From Hyalangium minutum (GTDB taxonomy: Bacteria > Myxococcota > Myxococcia > Myxococcales > Myxococcaceae), in assembly GCF_000737315.1 (NCBI RefSeq), contig NZ_JMCB01000015.1, positions 187,302 through 251,301 on the forward strand: 64,000 bases of DNA, in the 5' to 3' direction. Below are positions 40,776-50,887 of the stretch, piece by piece. How positions within the stretch are numbered: the first letter of the stretch is position 1; every line of letters starts with the position of its first letter. A program made the translations under genes and the position numbers. The notes under the pieces were generated by a model. It did no database searches, was not told where the DNA came from, and was given only the letters and a program-made list of their open reading frames with translations.

Positions 40776-42056
40776 TCAGGCGGCGGTGCTGGCCGGGGAC
40801 TTCATCGCGGCCTTCTCCGACACTGTCTGAGGCTCGTCCGACCAGAAGCGCTCCCACTGGGAGCGCAGGGCGCGCGCGTCCCTTCGGCCCAGGTCTATGA
40901 GGATGTCCGCGAAGCCCCCATCGAACAGGAGGTACGAGGCCATGTCCGCCTCACGTGGGGCCTCGCGCTCCACCAGCCGGAGGATGGTGCGGTGGGCGAG
41001 CCCGCTGCTGCGGCGGCGGAACTCGGGCGTCTTCACGTACTCGGCGGCCAGCTCGCCCAGGTCTCTCGAGGGCCGCACCAGCAGCTCGCGGATGTAGCGC
41101 ACAGGCTGACTGCGGTGCGGGTGCAGCGCCGCGCTGAGTGTCTGCGCGAAGCCCGGCCCATAGGCCGTCGTTCCCGCCTCGAGGATGTCGTTGAGCCGCC
41201 GCAGCCGGCCCAGGTCCTGATCCGTGCGGTCCGTCATCAGCATGTTGAGCAGCTTGCCCACGAGGAAGGGGGCACTCGCGACGGCCAGCTCGCGCTCGTG
41301 CTCCTCGGCGGCCGTGGCCGGCTGGACTCCCACCGTGGGCCTCAGCGAGACGACGATGACGCGCTGGGCACCCAGCCGCAGCGCGGGGCTCAGGGGGACA
41401 TTGAGCTTGAAGCCCCCGTCGATGTGCAGGTGCCCCCGGACGCGGACGGCGGGGAAGACGACAGGGATGGCGGCCGAGGCCAGCGCGTGGTTGGGACCGA
41501 TGCGGGTGGCCACCGCGCGGTAGTCCGGATCATCGCTCCAGCGGGGAATGGTTCCATCCGCGCGCTGGATGAAGACCGTGGCGGCGCCGGTGCCCACGTG
41601 GGTAGCGCTGATCGCCAGCGCCTCCAGGTGGCCCTTGCGCAGGTTCCGCCCGATCTGCAGCCAGGGGATTCCGCGGCCGACCAGTGCGCGCAGTCCGCGT
41701 GGATCCACCAGCCCGCCATACTGGATGTCCCGGGTGGAGTGCTCGGTGGGCTTGCTGAGGGCCTCGCGGATGATCCGGAAGACGTCCCCGAAGCTGCACC
41801 GGAGCACTTCCTCCACCTTCATCGCGTGCCAGTGGGAGATGAGGCCGCGCGCCTGTTCCCGATGCTGGTGGCTGGACGCCGCCAGGTAGCACGCATGGAT
41901 GGCACCCACGGAGGTGCCCGCGAGGATGTCCAGCTTCAGCTCGCGGCCGAAGTGGGGCTCGAACTCTTCACGGAGATAGGAGAGGACGCCCACTTCGTAG
42001 GCGCCGCGTGCCGCACCCCCTGCCAGCACCAGCCCCGTCTTCAACCCTGTCGTCAT
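40776..42056 (-). CDS. Patatin-like phospholipase
   Basis: LAGGAARGAY, GTSVG nucleophile motif and DGG. Confidence 0.92.
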   Translation of the reverse strand: MTTGLKTGLVLAGGAARGAYEVGVLSYLREEFEPHFGRELKLDILAGTSVGAIHACYLAASSHQHREQARGLISHWHAMKVEEVLRCSFGDVFRIIREALSKPTEHSTRDIQYGGLVDPRGLRALVGRGIPWLQIGRNLRKGHLEALAISATHVGTGAATVFIQRADGTIPRWSDDPDYRAVATRIGPNHALASAAIPVVFPAVRVRGHLHIDGGFKLNVPLSPALRLGAQRVIVVSLRPTVGVQPATAAEEHERELAVASAPFLVGKLLNMLMTDRTDQDLGRLRRLNDILEAGTTAYGPGFAQTLSAALHPHRSQPVRYIRELLVRPSRDLGELAAEYVKTPEFRRRSSGLAHRTILRLVEREAPREADMASYLLFDGGFADILIDLGRRDARALRSQWERFWSDEPQTVSEKAAMKSPASTAA

Positions 42057-42157
42057 TGCCACCGCCCTGAGGGTCCCAAGTGTACGGCGGGTTTCGGCGG
42101 AGGGGCTACTGGCAGAGTGCCGACGGCGCCGACGGATCCGCCTGCTCGGAGGGCTGG

Positions 42158-42802
42158 CTAGGGTGCCGGAGCCGTGGCGGTGCTGGCCGGCGGTGCCTCG
42201 GGGAGGGCAGGGGGCGCGACTGCGGCGTCCGTTGCCACCTTCTCCGCCAGGGCCTTCTCCTCGGCGCGCTTCTTCGCCTCGGTCTCCGCCGCCGCCTTCA
42301 GGTTCGCCAGCCCCGCCTCGAAGTCCTTCCCGATCGCCTGATCCATGTTCACGAACAGCGAGAAGGCTTTGACGATGAACCCGTTGCGGCCCTCCATCCG
42401 CCACGACACGGTGACGCCGCTGCCCTCGGGCGTGAAGGTGAACGTGGTGGTGTTCTGAGCCTCGAAGGGCCGGAGGAACTCGAGCCGGATGCGAATCTGC
42501 TCCGCGGGCTTGCTCTCCAGAATGGTCATCCGGCCCGCCCCCACCTCTTTGCCGTCCCACTCATACATCGCGTCCAGGCCCGTATCCGCGCCAGTGAAGG
42601 TGCGCGTCATGGCCGGATCCAACTTCTCCCACGGAGACCAGACGGCCCAGCGGTGGAAGTCGTTCACCATCGCGAAGGGGATGGCCGCCGGGGCCTGGAT
42701 CGTGGCCGAGCGCTGCACGCTGAACGCAGCCGGGCGGGTGGAGATGAAGCCGGCCAGCGCCACGACGGCGACGGCCAGACCGAGGAGGATCTTCTGGATC
42801 AT
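42158..42802 (-). CDS. SRPBCC/START family protein (polyketide cyclase-like)
   Basis: N-terminal TM; VQRSATIQAP, WAVWSPW, GAGRMTI and IGKDFEAGLANLK. Confidence 0.85.
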   Translation of the reverse strand: MIQKILLGLAVAVVALAGFISTRPAAFSVQRSATIQAPAAIPFAMVNDFHRWAVWSPWEKLDPAMTRTFTGADTGLDAMYEWDGKEVGAGRMTILESKPAEQIRIRLEFLRPFEAQNTTTFTFTPEGSGVTVSWRMEGRNGFIVKAFSLFVNMDQAIGKDFEAGLANLKAAAETEAKKRAEEKALAEKVATDAAVAPPALPEAPPASTATAPAP

Positions 42803-43228
42803 GGTGAGCCCCTGTTTTGTCGAGCGGCTCCTACCTATGGAGCCGGGTGCGTCATACGGGAAGTAGTAGGTAGGGCTCAAGCCCGTGCGAGCGGAGCCTG
42901 GCTGCTCGGCGGAGGATGGACGGACTCGGATCAGGGAGGGGCGCTTGGGCGCGCTGGGGCTTCGCTGCGGTGCGGCAAGGCAAGGGTGATCACGGGCAGG
43001 TTTCTCGTTCCGGACGCTGGCTTGCGGTAGCGTTCACGAACCGGCTATGTTCGTCGGCCAAAAGATCAACCCCGGAGTTACGTGTAGCGATGCATGAGCA
43101 GTGCGTTGGGGGGCCACGCCACCTCGCTCGCAGGGCTGCTCATCCACTGCGCTATCACGCGGCACTCCTTCACGTGCGCGAAGTCCAATAAGCCCCTTGC
43201 CCCTTAGCGTGCCATTGGTTCTGCCCCC

Positions 43229-45178
43229 ATGATGACCCGGTCGACAGTTCTGCCAGGTGCACTCAGTGCACTCCTCCTGATGCCCTTGTTGTCGTCGTGC
43301 AACCTCATTGACGTCACGGGGGACGAGAACTCCAACTCGGGCCGTGGCGCCAAGGTGTTTGATCCGTACCAGGCCGCCGCCTCGGGGGCGATCAAGCTCA
43401 GCCTGCAGATGCTCAACGGCTGCGCCTTCACGCCCAACGCGGGGTTCGTCGCGAAGAACTCGCTGAACATCCCCTACCCGGACCTCTGCCCGAACATGGA
43501 CCGTGCGGCGCTCTTCGCCGACTCCACAGGGCCGCTGGATCCCGCCTACGTTCCGGCCAAGGGCAAGCTGGAGCTGCTGGCGAACACCACCTACTTCCTC
43601 AACCAGTTCTCCATCACGGACGTCATCACCGACCGGCACAAGAACCCGTCGGACCTCTCGGAGTTCGTGAAGTGGCTGAAGACGGAGACCCACTTCGCGA
43701 AGCTGGACTGGCGCAACCTGGGCCAGGTGTCCAACGAGTGGGAGTACGCGGAGGCCTTCCCGGGCCTGTTCGATGACGACGCGTGGAACCGGGAGGTGCT
43801 CTTCGACAACGCCAACTGGCAGCGCGTCACGGACGACACCTTCAAGATCGAGGTGCTCGACTCGGGCGGCGTCGTGCGCTCCGAGCAGACGTACTCCCGC
43901 TCCGAGTTCCTGGTGGAGTCGCCGTACCCGGGCCACTCGCGCGTCGCGTGGAAGATGGAGAACGTGGCGCCGCCGCTGTCGCCGCAGGATGTGACGCCGC
44001 GTCCGGTGCAGGGCCTGCCGGGCAATCTGCCGCTGACGCCCACGTTCCGCTCCTTCATGCGCATGGAGATGGTGGGCAGCACCAACCCGTTCAAGACGCT
44101 CTCCATCGGCAACCTGCAGGGCGACGGTGCGATCCGCGTGACGTGGAGCCAGCTGCCGGAGGATCCGTTCTACTTCCCGGTGAGCTTCGTGCAGCAGACG
44201 GACGTGCAGGCCACGTGCACCGACGATCAGGGCACCCCCAAGCAGTGCGGCTTCGGCCTGGCGCCGGGCCTGTCCATGGTCGCTCCCCCCAACGGCACCT
44301 TCTACAAGCCGGGCGAGACGGTGAACATGTTCGTCGAGTACCGCGACGAGGAGGGCAACCGGCTGCACGGGCCGGATCTGCTGCCGAGCTCCGAGGAGAC
44401 CTTTACCGGAAAGGCCAATGGCCTGCTCAGCGTGAACCCCGGCCTGGTCCAGGCGACGCGCGAGGCGGATGCCGGCCCCGTGGTTCTTGTCGCCGGTCCG
44501 CTGCAGGACATGCGCGTCCACAGCGATGTGATCGGTGAGCGGCCGTTCTTCCCGCAGGAGTCTCCCAAGGCGCTCATCTCCGAGCTCGCCTCGTTCCACC
44601 TGTACCCCACCCTGTATCAGTCCCATACGCCCACGCGCGTGAGCGTCAAGCTGCCGGTGGACGCCAAGCCGGGCACGTACGTGGCCTACGTCAAGGGCTC
44701 GCGCTACTTCCTGGGTGAGCGCGTCTCACGCCTCAAGGCGTTCTTCTTCCAGGTGGGCCAGGATCAGCTGACGTCGTACCCGGGCCGGGTGGGCAACTGC
44801 CAGATCTGCCACCGCGGCGTGCTCTCGCTGGACAACCTGCGTCACGGTCTGTCGGTGGATCACATCGAAGGTTGCAAGGCGTGCCACGGCTTCGCCAACG
44901 ACATCATCTACCGGCCGCAGGAGACCATTCACAAGATCCACATGCGCTCGAAGAAGTACCCGGCGAACAAGAACGAGTGCAACATCTGCCACTTGACCAA
45001 GGAGAGCGCGACGCGGCCGAGCATTGTGCTGTGTAAGTCGTGCCACCCGTCGACGCACGACAACGAGTACTTCGCCACCCAGTTCAACGCGCGCACCGAG
45101 CCCAACCGCCACTCCAACTGCGCTCAGGCCTGCCACGGTGCGCAGACGCCCAAGAGCCACATCCTCCCTGAGAACTGA
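43229..45178 (+). CDS. Multiheme c-type cytochrome lipoprotein (5 heme motifs, MtrC/OmcA-like C-terminus)
   Basis: Lipobox LLSSC; CQICH, CKACH, CNICH, CKSCH and CAQACH (CxxxCH); IHKIHM...YP before heme 3. Confidence 0.82.
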   Translation: MMTRSTVLPGALSALLLMPLLSSCNLIDVTGDENSNSGRGAKVFDPYQAAASGAIKLSLQMLNGCAFTPNAGFVAKNSLNIPYPDLCPNMDRAALFADSTGPLDPAYVPAKGKLELLANTTYFLNQFSITDVITDRHKNPSDLSEFVKWLKTETHFAKLDWRNLGQVSNEWEYAEAFPGLFDDDAWNREVLFDNANWQRVTDDTFKIEVLDSGGVVRSEQTYSRSEFLVESPYPGHSRVAWKMENVAPPLSPQDVTPRPVQGLPGNLPLTPTFRSFMRMEMVGSTNPFKTLSIGNLQGDGAIRVTWSQLPEDPFYFPVSFVQQTDVQATCTDDQGTPKQCGFGLAPGLSMVAPPNGTFYKPGETVNMFVEYRDEEGNRLHGPDLLPSSEETFTGKANGLLSVNPGLVQATREADAGPVVLVAGPLQDMRVHSDVIGERPFFPQESPKALISELASFHLYPTLYQSHTPTRVSVKLPVDAKPGTYVAYVKGSRYFLGERVSRLKAFFFQVGQDQLTSYPGRVGNCQICHRGVLSLDNLRHGLSVDHIEGCKACHGFANDIIYRPQETIHKIHMRSKKYPANKNECNICHLTKESATRPSIVLCKSCHPSTHDNEYFATQFNARTEPNRHSNCAQACHGAQTPKSHILPEN

Positions 45179-45191
45179 GAGCCGGCCAGCC

Positions 45192-46274
45192 ATGTACAGA
45201 GCCATCCGTTACGGAACCCTCTTTGGAGCCCTCCTGCTCGGCGCCGGCTGTGGGAACAATTCCAGCGCGCCGGCTGAGTCCAGCTTCATCCCCCGGCCGA
45301 AGATTGTGGCAGCCGAGGCGATGTCCGACTCGCTCAACTCGGTGCGGTTGACGGGGTACACGTGGGACCCCGAGGCCTTCTTCACGAGCTTCGTGGAGTG
45401 CACCCAGAAGTGCCTCCCGCCGATCCCCGCCTTGCCGCCCATGTTGCTGGACAACAACCCGTTGTTCCTGCGCTCGGTGGTGCAGGGGTCGAAGGTGACC
45501 CTGCTGGATCGCTCGGGAAGCGCGAGCCCGCTGCCCACGGTGGACTCGGATCCATTGGGGAGCTGGGTGCTGCCCAAGGTCCCGATCCGGGACGAGCTCT
45601 ACTATCCCTCCACCACGGGCGAGGGGGAGCTGCCCACGTTCAACTATTTCCCCCCGCTGACGCCGTTGCCGCCGGCCGACTACGCCCCGACGGTGTCGCT
45701 GCGTCCCGTCTCGACGGCGGACGCGGATGGGTGCTGGGGCATCGAGGCCAGCCAGCTGAGCACCACGGGTATCCTGCAGGCGATCGCCAAGTACCTGTCG
45801 TCCAAGGGGACCGCCACCACCGTCGCGAACCTGTACGGCAATGGCAATCGGTACGAGGGGGTGACGGTGTTCTGGCTGTACAACCCGGGCTTCTCCTCGC
45901 TGCGAGGGCCTGGGGCGGGCACCACGGTGGAGGCCTCGAGGGGCCAGGTGCTCAACGTGGAGTGGGCGCCTCCGGGCGTGCTGCCTCCTCCTCTGTCGGA
46001 TCTGCAGTCGCAGCGTGGCTTCTTCGTGGCGGAGGGCGCTCCGGTCAGCAGCCTGGGCATCGTTGCGGTGCTGGTTCCGAAGGGCTCGACGGACCCGGTG
46101 ACGTACAAGTTCAAGGATCCGACGACGGACGCGGCCTCGGGCCGGCCGTGGAAGTACCCGGATATGACCGTGGCGCCGACGTCTGAGGCCGTCACCTTTG
46201 GCGGAATCCAGCTCCGGTTCGCCACGGGCACGGCCTCTCCGCCCGAGCGGGTGGCCTGCCGTCCCAAGCAGTGA
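45192..46274 (+). CDS. Hypothetical lipoprotein
   Basis: ATG at 45192; lipobox LLGAGC; host-like codon use; operonic spacing. Confidence 0.75.
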   Translation: MYRAIRYGTLFGALLLGAGCGNNSSAPAESSFIPRPKIVAAEAMSDSLNSVRLTGYTWDPEAFFTSFVECTQKCLPPIPALPPMLLDNNPLFLRSVVQGSKVTLLDRSGSASPLPTVDSDPLGSWVLPKVPIRDELYYPSTTGEGELPTFNYFPPLTPLPPADYAPTVSLRPVSTADADGCWGIEASQLSTTGILQAIAKYLSSKGTATTVANLYGNGNRYEGVTVFWLYNPGFSSLRGPGAGTTVEASRGQVLNVEWAPPGVLPPPLSDLQSQRGFFVAEGAPVSSLGIVAVLVPKGSTDPVTYKFKDPTTDAASGRPWKYPDMTVAPTSEAVTFGGIQLRFATGTASPPERVACRPKQ

Positions 46275-46319
46275 GTGCCGTGTCGTCCCTCGTCCTGTCT
46301 CGCGTGAGAGCCGAATCGA

Positions 46320-47543
46320 ATGCTACGAAAGATCTTGAAGGGCCTGGGTGCGCTGGTAGGGCTGATCATCCTGGGTGTCGTAGGCTTGGTGGGCTACGTG
46401 AACCACAAGGTGGGCAAGACCTACGACGTCCCGCTGCCCAACATTCAGCGCGCCACCTCGCCGGAGGCGCTGGCCCGCGGTGAGATGATTTATCACTCGA
46501 TCTGCGCGGAGTGCCACGCGCCGGCGGGTGAGACCCAGGCCATGGGCGCCCCGCTGCTGGACTATCCGCCCGAGCTGGGCACGTTCCACTCGGCGAACAT
46601 CACCTCGGATCCTGTGGCCGGTGTCGGCAACATGAAGGACGAGGAGATCGCCCGGATGATCATCTACTCGATCAACCGCGAGGGGAAGGCGCGGCTGATG
46701 CCGGCCTTCTACGGGATGTCGGACGAGGATGTGGCGGCGGTGATCGGCTACATGCGCTCGGATCGCCCCGAGTTCGCGCCCTCGCCCAAGAAGGCGCCGC
46801 CGTCGGAGCCCGCGTTCGGGGGCAAGGCCGTCATGGCGCTCGTCGCTGGCATCCGGTCGGAGCCGAGGGCGTCCGTGAAGGCGCCGCCCAAGGGGCCCTC
46901 GGTGGAGTATGGCAAGTACCTGGCGGTGGGCGTCTATGACTGCGTCATGTGCCACACGGTCGGTTTCGGCTCGTCGGACACGAAGCTGAAGGATCCGGGC
47001 CTGTTCGCCGGCGGCTTCGAGTTCGACCTGAAGGCGTATGGCGGCCAGGGCTTCATGTACTCGCCGAACATCACCCCGCATGAGACGCAGGGCATTGGCA
47101 AGTGGAACCTGGAGCAGTTCAAGCTGTCGCTCACCCAGGGCGTCACCCCGGATGGCTACATCCTGCGCAAGCCGATGCCGCGCTACCGCTACCTCGATGA
47201 TGTGGAGATCGCGGCCATGTTCGCGTACCTGAAGGGCGTCCCCGCGGTCGCGACGCCGAAGGTGGCGCACGAGGCGGTGCCCCGTCCCAAGGCGGACAAG
47301 GCGGCCGACCCCGAGAAGCTCTTCAGCAGCCTGGGCTGCTCGTACTGCCACGGGCCGAACGGGCAGTTCCGCGATCGGCTGAAGCAGGCCATGGGGAAGC
47401 AGCCCGAGGATGTGGCGAAGTGGATCCGCAACCCGGAGAGCTTCAAGCCGGGCACGCAGATGCCGACCTTCGCGACGCTGCTCGACGAGACCCAGGCGCT
47501 CGATCTGGCGAAGTGGGTGCAGGCCAAGAACGGCACCCCGTAG
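46320..47543 (+). CDS. Membrane-anchored triheme c-type cytochrome
   Basis: N-terminal TM; CAECH, CVMCH and CSYCH; NITSD/NITP...GIGKW motifs of the alcohol/gluconate dehydrogenase cytochrome-subunit type. Confidence 0.88.
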   Translation: MLRKILKGLGALVGLIILGVVGLVGYVNHKVGKTYDVPLPNIQRATSPEALARGEMIYHSICAECHAPAGETQAMGAPLLDYPPELGTFHSANITSDPVAGVGNMKDEEIARMIIYSINREGKARLMPAFYGMSDEDVAAVIGYMRSDRPEFAPSPKKAPPSEPAFGGKAVMALVAGIRSEPRASVKAPPKGPSVEYGKYLAVGVYDCVMCHTVGFGSSDTKLKDPGLFAGGFEFDLKAYGGQGFMYSPNITPHETQGIGKWNLEQFKLSLTQGVTPDGYILRKPMPRYRYLDDVEIAAMFAYLKGVPAVATPKVAHEAVPRPKADKAADPEKLFSSLGCSYCHGPNGQFRDRLKQAMGKQPEDVAKWIRNPESFKPGTQMPTFATLLDETQALDLAKWVQAKNGTP

Positions 47544-47600
47544 GACTGGCGGCCTCCCAGGGAGGGCCCGGAGCGAACCTCTGGGCCGCCTCCGGGAGGC

Positions 47601-48707
47601 TCAGCCCGTGACGAAGTTGACGAGCCTCTCGAAGACGGCCGGGGCCCGGGCCAGCCCGCGGATGACGCGGGCGCGCAGCGAAGGATGGCGGGCCAGGGCC
47701 AGTATCAGCTTCACGGAGAGCGCGTAGCGGCGGTAGTGCCCCGCGATGGCGTGCTCGTACGGCAGGAGCGAGGCCTGTGAGGCGCCCCGGGCGAGCACCT
47801 CGGGGAGCAGGTGGCCCAGGGCGCTCGCGCCGCGCAGTGCCAGGGTGAGTCCCTCCCCGGTGATGGCGTCCACGTAGCCCGCGGCATCTCCCACCAGCAC
47901 GAAGCGATCGAGGATCCGTCCGCGCACCTGGCGCAGGAAGGGGCCGGCTCCGCGTGGGTGAGAGTCCGGCTCCGCGCCCTCCAGCTGCTTCTGCAGCGCG
48001 GGGAAGCGGCTCAGCAGGGAGGGGAAGGAGATGGGCCCGTCGACCTTGCCGTGCTCCCAGAGGAAGGCCACACCCACGCGCTCCGAGCCCGAGGGCGTCA
48101 CGTAGGCCTCCAGGCCTGGGGCGAGGTGGATGTCCACGAACTGGGACCAGGGCGCGAGCCGGAAGTGCTGGCGCAGGCCGAAGCGCCGGGCCGCTTGGGG
48201 CTTCACGGGCTGATCGAGCCCCTGGGCGTGCCGCAGCGGCGAGGCCAGTCCATCCGCGGCCACCAGGAGCCGGGCCTCCACCGTGTCTCCAGCGGCGGTG
48301 GTGAGCTGGACGTGCTTGGGCGTGCGGAGCACCTGGGCCACGCCGCAGCGATCCCGAAGCTCGACGCCGGCCTCCCGCGCGGTGCGAGTGAGGGCTGCCG
48401 CGAGGGCCGTGCGGCGGATGGCGAGCCCGGGGGCGGGGGTGAAGCGGCCGGAGACCTCGCTCCCATCCTCCTGGATGTAGCGGATGCCCAGCATGGGGGT
48501 GCAGTCCGCGGGGGTGAGGTACTGGCGGGCGCCGAGAGCCTCCAGCTCGCGCAGGCCCGGGGGCGTGAGGCCCTCGCCGCAGGCCTTGTCGGCGGGCAGG
48601 GCCTGGCGATCGAAGACGATGGTGGAGAAGCCACGGCGGGCGGCGTGGATGGCCACGGCGAGCCCGGCGGGCCCTCCGCCCACGATGGCGACGTCCACGG
48701 GGCTCAC
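47601..48707 (-). CDS. FAD-dependent oxidoreductase (geranylgeranyl-reductase/hydroxylase-like)
   Basis: DVAIVGGGPAG, KACGEGL, AADG and LVGDAAGYVDAITGEG. GTGA overlap. Confidence 0.9.
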   Translation of the reverse strand: MSPVDVAIVGGGPAGLAVAIHAARRGFSTIVFDRQALPADKACGEGLTPPGLRELEALGARQYLTPADCTPMLGIRYIQEDGSEVSGRFTPAPGLAIRRTALAAALTRTAREAGVELRDRCGVAQVLRTPKHVQLTTAAGDTVEARLLVAADGLASPLRHAQGLDQPVKPQAARRFGLRQHFRLAPWSQFVDIHLAPGLEAYVTPSGSERVGVAFLWEHGKVDGPISFPSLLSRFPALQKQLEGAEPDSHPRGAGPFLRQVRGRILDRFVLVGDAAGYVDAITGEGLTLALRGASALGHLLPEVLARGASQASLLPYEHAIAGHYRRYALSVKLILALARHPSLRARVIRGLARAPAVFERLVNFVTG

Positions 48708-49303
48708 GGAGGGGGAGACGCCGTGTCCGGGCGGGAGGCGGTGGGCAGGAAGCGCGGCCGCTGGGAGAACGCCTGCTGGTACTCGGCACCGAGCGCCTGC
48801 TCCTCGGCGCGGATTCGCACGGAGAGCAGCGCCGCGTTGCCCAGGGAGAAGAGGAGGGCGGTGAGGTAGCCGCCGTGGATGAGCGGCAGGCAGAGGAACT
48901 CGAGGATGACGGCCACGTAGTTGGGGTGACGGATGAAGCGGTAGGGGCCGCTCGTCACCGGCGTGTCGCCCGGGACGAAGATGATGCGGGTGTTCCACCG
49001 CTCGCCCAGCGTGGAGATGGCCCAGTAGCGCAAGAGCTGCGAGGCGAGGGCCCCGGCGAACGCGGCATACCCCAGCGCGCCGGGGAAGGGCCGCTGCAGC
49101 GCGAGCGGCTCCACGACACAGGCCACGAGGAAGGCCGTGTGGAACAGGACCATGACGCGGAAGTGGCCCTGGCCTACCTCGCGGCCTCCCCGCTCGAGCG
49201 CCCTCCGCGCATTGCGGCGCGAGAGGACGAGCTCGTACAGGCGCTCGGCGCCGACCAGCCCCAGGAAGACGTAGTAGGCGGCGAGCGTAGGCGCCTCACT
49301 CAT
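48704..49303 (-). CDS. Isoprenylcysteine carboxyl methyltransferase family (SrsB/BpsB-like)
   Basis: LRYWAISTLGERWNTRI and GPYRFIRHPNY motifs. ATGA overlap. Confidence 0.9.
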   Translation of the reverse strand: MSEAPTLAAYYVFLGLVGAERLYELVLSRRNARRALERGGREVGQGHFRVMVLFHTAFLVACVVEPLALQRPFPGALGYAAFAGALASQLLRYWAISTLGERWNTRIIFVPGDTPVTSGPYRFIRHPNYVAVILEFLCLPLIHGGYLTALLFSLGNAALLSVRIRAEEQALGAEYQQAFSQRPRFLPTASRPDTASPPP

Positions 49304-50844
49304 TTCCGGGCCTTGGCCCACACGCGCTTCATCCAGGCCTCGACGTCCTTCGCCGTGCGGGGGATGGCGCCGGAGAGCACCTTGCAGCCGCGGGCGGTGA
49401 CGACGATGTCATCCTCGATGCGCACGCCAATGCCTCGGTAGCGCGCGGGCACCGTCAGGTCATCCGTCTGGAAGTAGAGGCCGGGCTCCACCGTGAGCAC
49501 CATGCCGGCCTGGAGCTTGCCGTACTTGTAGACCTCCTGGCGCGCCTGGGCGCAGTCGTGCACGTCCAGGCCCAGCATGTGGCTGACGTTGTGCAGCGAG
49601 TAGCGCTTGTAGAACTGGTGCTCGTCCTTCAGCGCCTCCTCGGCGTTGGGGAGGATGCCCAGCTTCTGCAGGCCGTGGGCGAGCACGCGCATGGCCACGC
49701 GGTTGGGCTCCATGAAGTCGTTGCCCGGCTTCACGGCCTTGATGGCCTGCTCCTGGGCCTCGAGCACCAGCTCGTAGATCTCCCGCTGCTCTTTGGAGAA
49801 CTTGCCGGAGACGGGGAGGGTGCGGGTGATGTCGGCGGTGTAGAGACTGTGGGCCTCGACACCGGCGTCCAGCAGGAGCAGCTCGCCCTTTTTCACCGGG
49901 CCGTCGTTGCGCGTCCAGTGGAGCACGCACGCGTGCGAGCCAGCGGCGGCGATGGTGCCGTAGCCCACGTCATTGCCCTCCACGCGGGCGCGCAGGTTGA
50001 AGACGCCCTCCACCTCGCGCTCGCTCTTGGCGGACTTGAGGTTGCGGATGACGTCCTCGAAGCCGCGCTGGGTGGAGTCGATGGCGGCCTGCAGCTCGCG
50101 CAGCTCCTGGGCGTCCTTGAGCAGGCGCATCTCCGAGAGGAACTGGGCCAGCTCCTTGTCCCGCTCGGCCTGGGCCAGCTCCTTGTCCCGCTCGGCCTGG
50201 GCAGGCAGCACGTCGTCCACCTTGGCGGAGAAGCTGCGCAGCACGCGGGAGGGCCGGGACACGGCGCCGTGGAGCCCGCTGAGGTAGCTGGGCAGCTCGG
50301 GAAGGCCGCGCGCCTCGTCCACGCCGTAGCGGGTCTGGCTCTCCTTCACTCCGAGCCGGGGGCCTACCCACAGCTCGCCCTTGTTGCGATCGGTGAAGAA
50401 GGTGGCGTCGCTGCGGCCCGGGTTGGGCTCGACGAAGAGGATGTCCGTGTGGCCGCCGCCCTCCTTGGGCTGGAGCACGAGGACGCAGTCCGGTTCGGTG
50501 TTGCCGGTGAGGTAGTAGAAGTCCGTGCCCGGGCGGAAGCGGTAGTAGGTGTCGTTGGCGCGCACCTTCTCGTGGCCGGTGGGGATGACGAGCGTCTCAC
50601 CGGGGAAGCGCTGGGAGAGGGCCTTGCGACGGGCGCGGAAGGAGTCCGCGTGCTTGAGCTTGGGAGGAAGCTTCCGGTGGGCGGGCTTCCAGCGCTTCAT
50701 CATGAAGTCGAGCAGCGCGGGAGGCGGCACGGTGTCGTGGCCGGCGGGCTTGGCAGCCTGGGGCTCGGAGGTGACGGGCTGGGCAGGCTGGGCAGCAGCC
50801 TCGGCGGCGGCGTTCTGGGCGGCGGCTTCGGACTGGGTCGTCAT
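49300..50844 (-). CDS. pepP: Xaa-Pro aminopeptidase (aminopeptidase P)
   Basis: YRFRPGTDFYYLTG, LLLDAGVE...ADITRT, HMLGLDVHD, TVEPGLY and GVRIEDDI. Confidence 0.94.
   Translation of the reverse strand: MTTQSEAAAQNAAAEAAAQPAQPVTSEPQAAKPAGHDTVPPPALLDFMMKRWKPAHRKLPPKLKHADSFRARRKALSQRFPGETLVIPTGHEKVRANDTYYRFRPGTDFYYLTGNTEPDCVLVLQPKEGGGHTDILFVEPNPGRSDATFFTDRNKGELWVGPRLGVKESQTRYGVDEARGLPELPSYLSGLHGAVSRPSRVLRSFSAKVDDVLPAQAERDKELAQAERDKELAQFLSEMRLLKDAQELRELQAAIDSTQRGFEDVIRNLKSAKSEREVEGVFNLRARVEGNDVGYGTIAAAGSHACVLHWTRNDGPVKKGELLLLDAGVEAHSLYTADITRTLPVSGKFSKEQREIYELVLEAQEQAIKAVKPGNDFMEPNRVAMRVLAHGLQKLGILPNAEEALKDEHQFYKRYSLHNVSHMLGLDVHDCAQARQEVYKYGKLQAGMVLTVEPGLYFQTDDLTVPARYRGIGVRIEDDIVVTARGCKVLSGAIPRTAKDVEAWMKRVWAKARK
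50143..50202. repeat. Exact 27-bp in-frame tandem duplication in pepP
   Basis: CTGGGCCAGCTCCTTGTCCCGCTCGGC x2 plus CTGGGC, encoding QAERDKELA twice. Confidence 0.92.
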
Positions 50845-50887
50845 AGGTGGGCAACTCTTCATCAACCGCGAGTGTGGCTTCAAGCCC

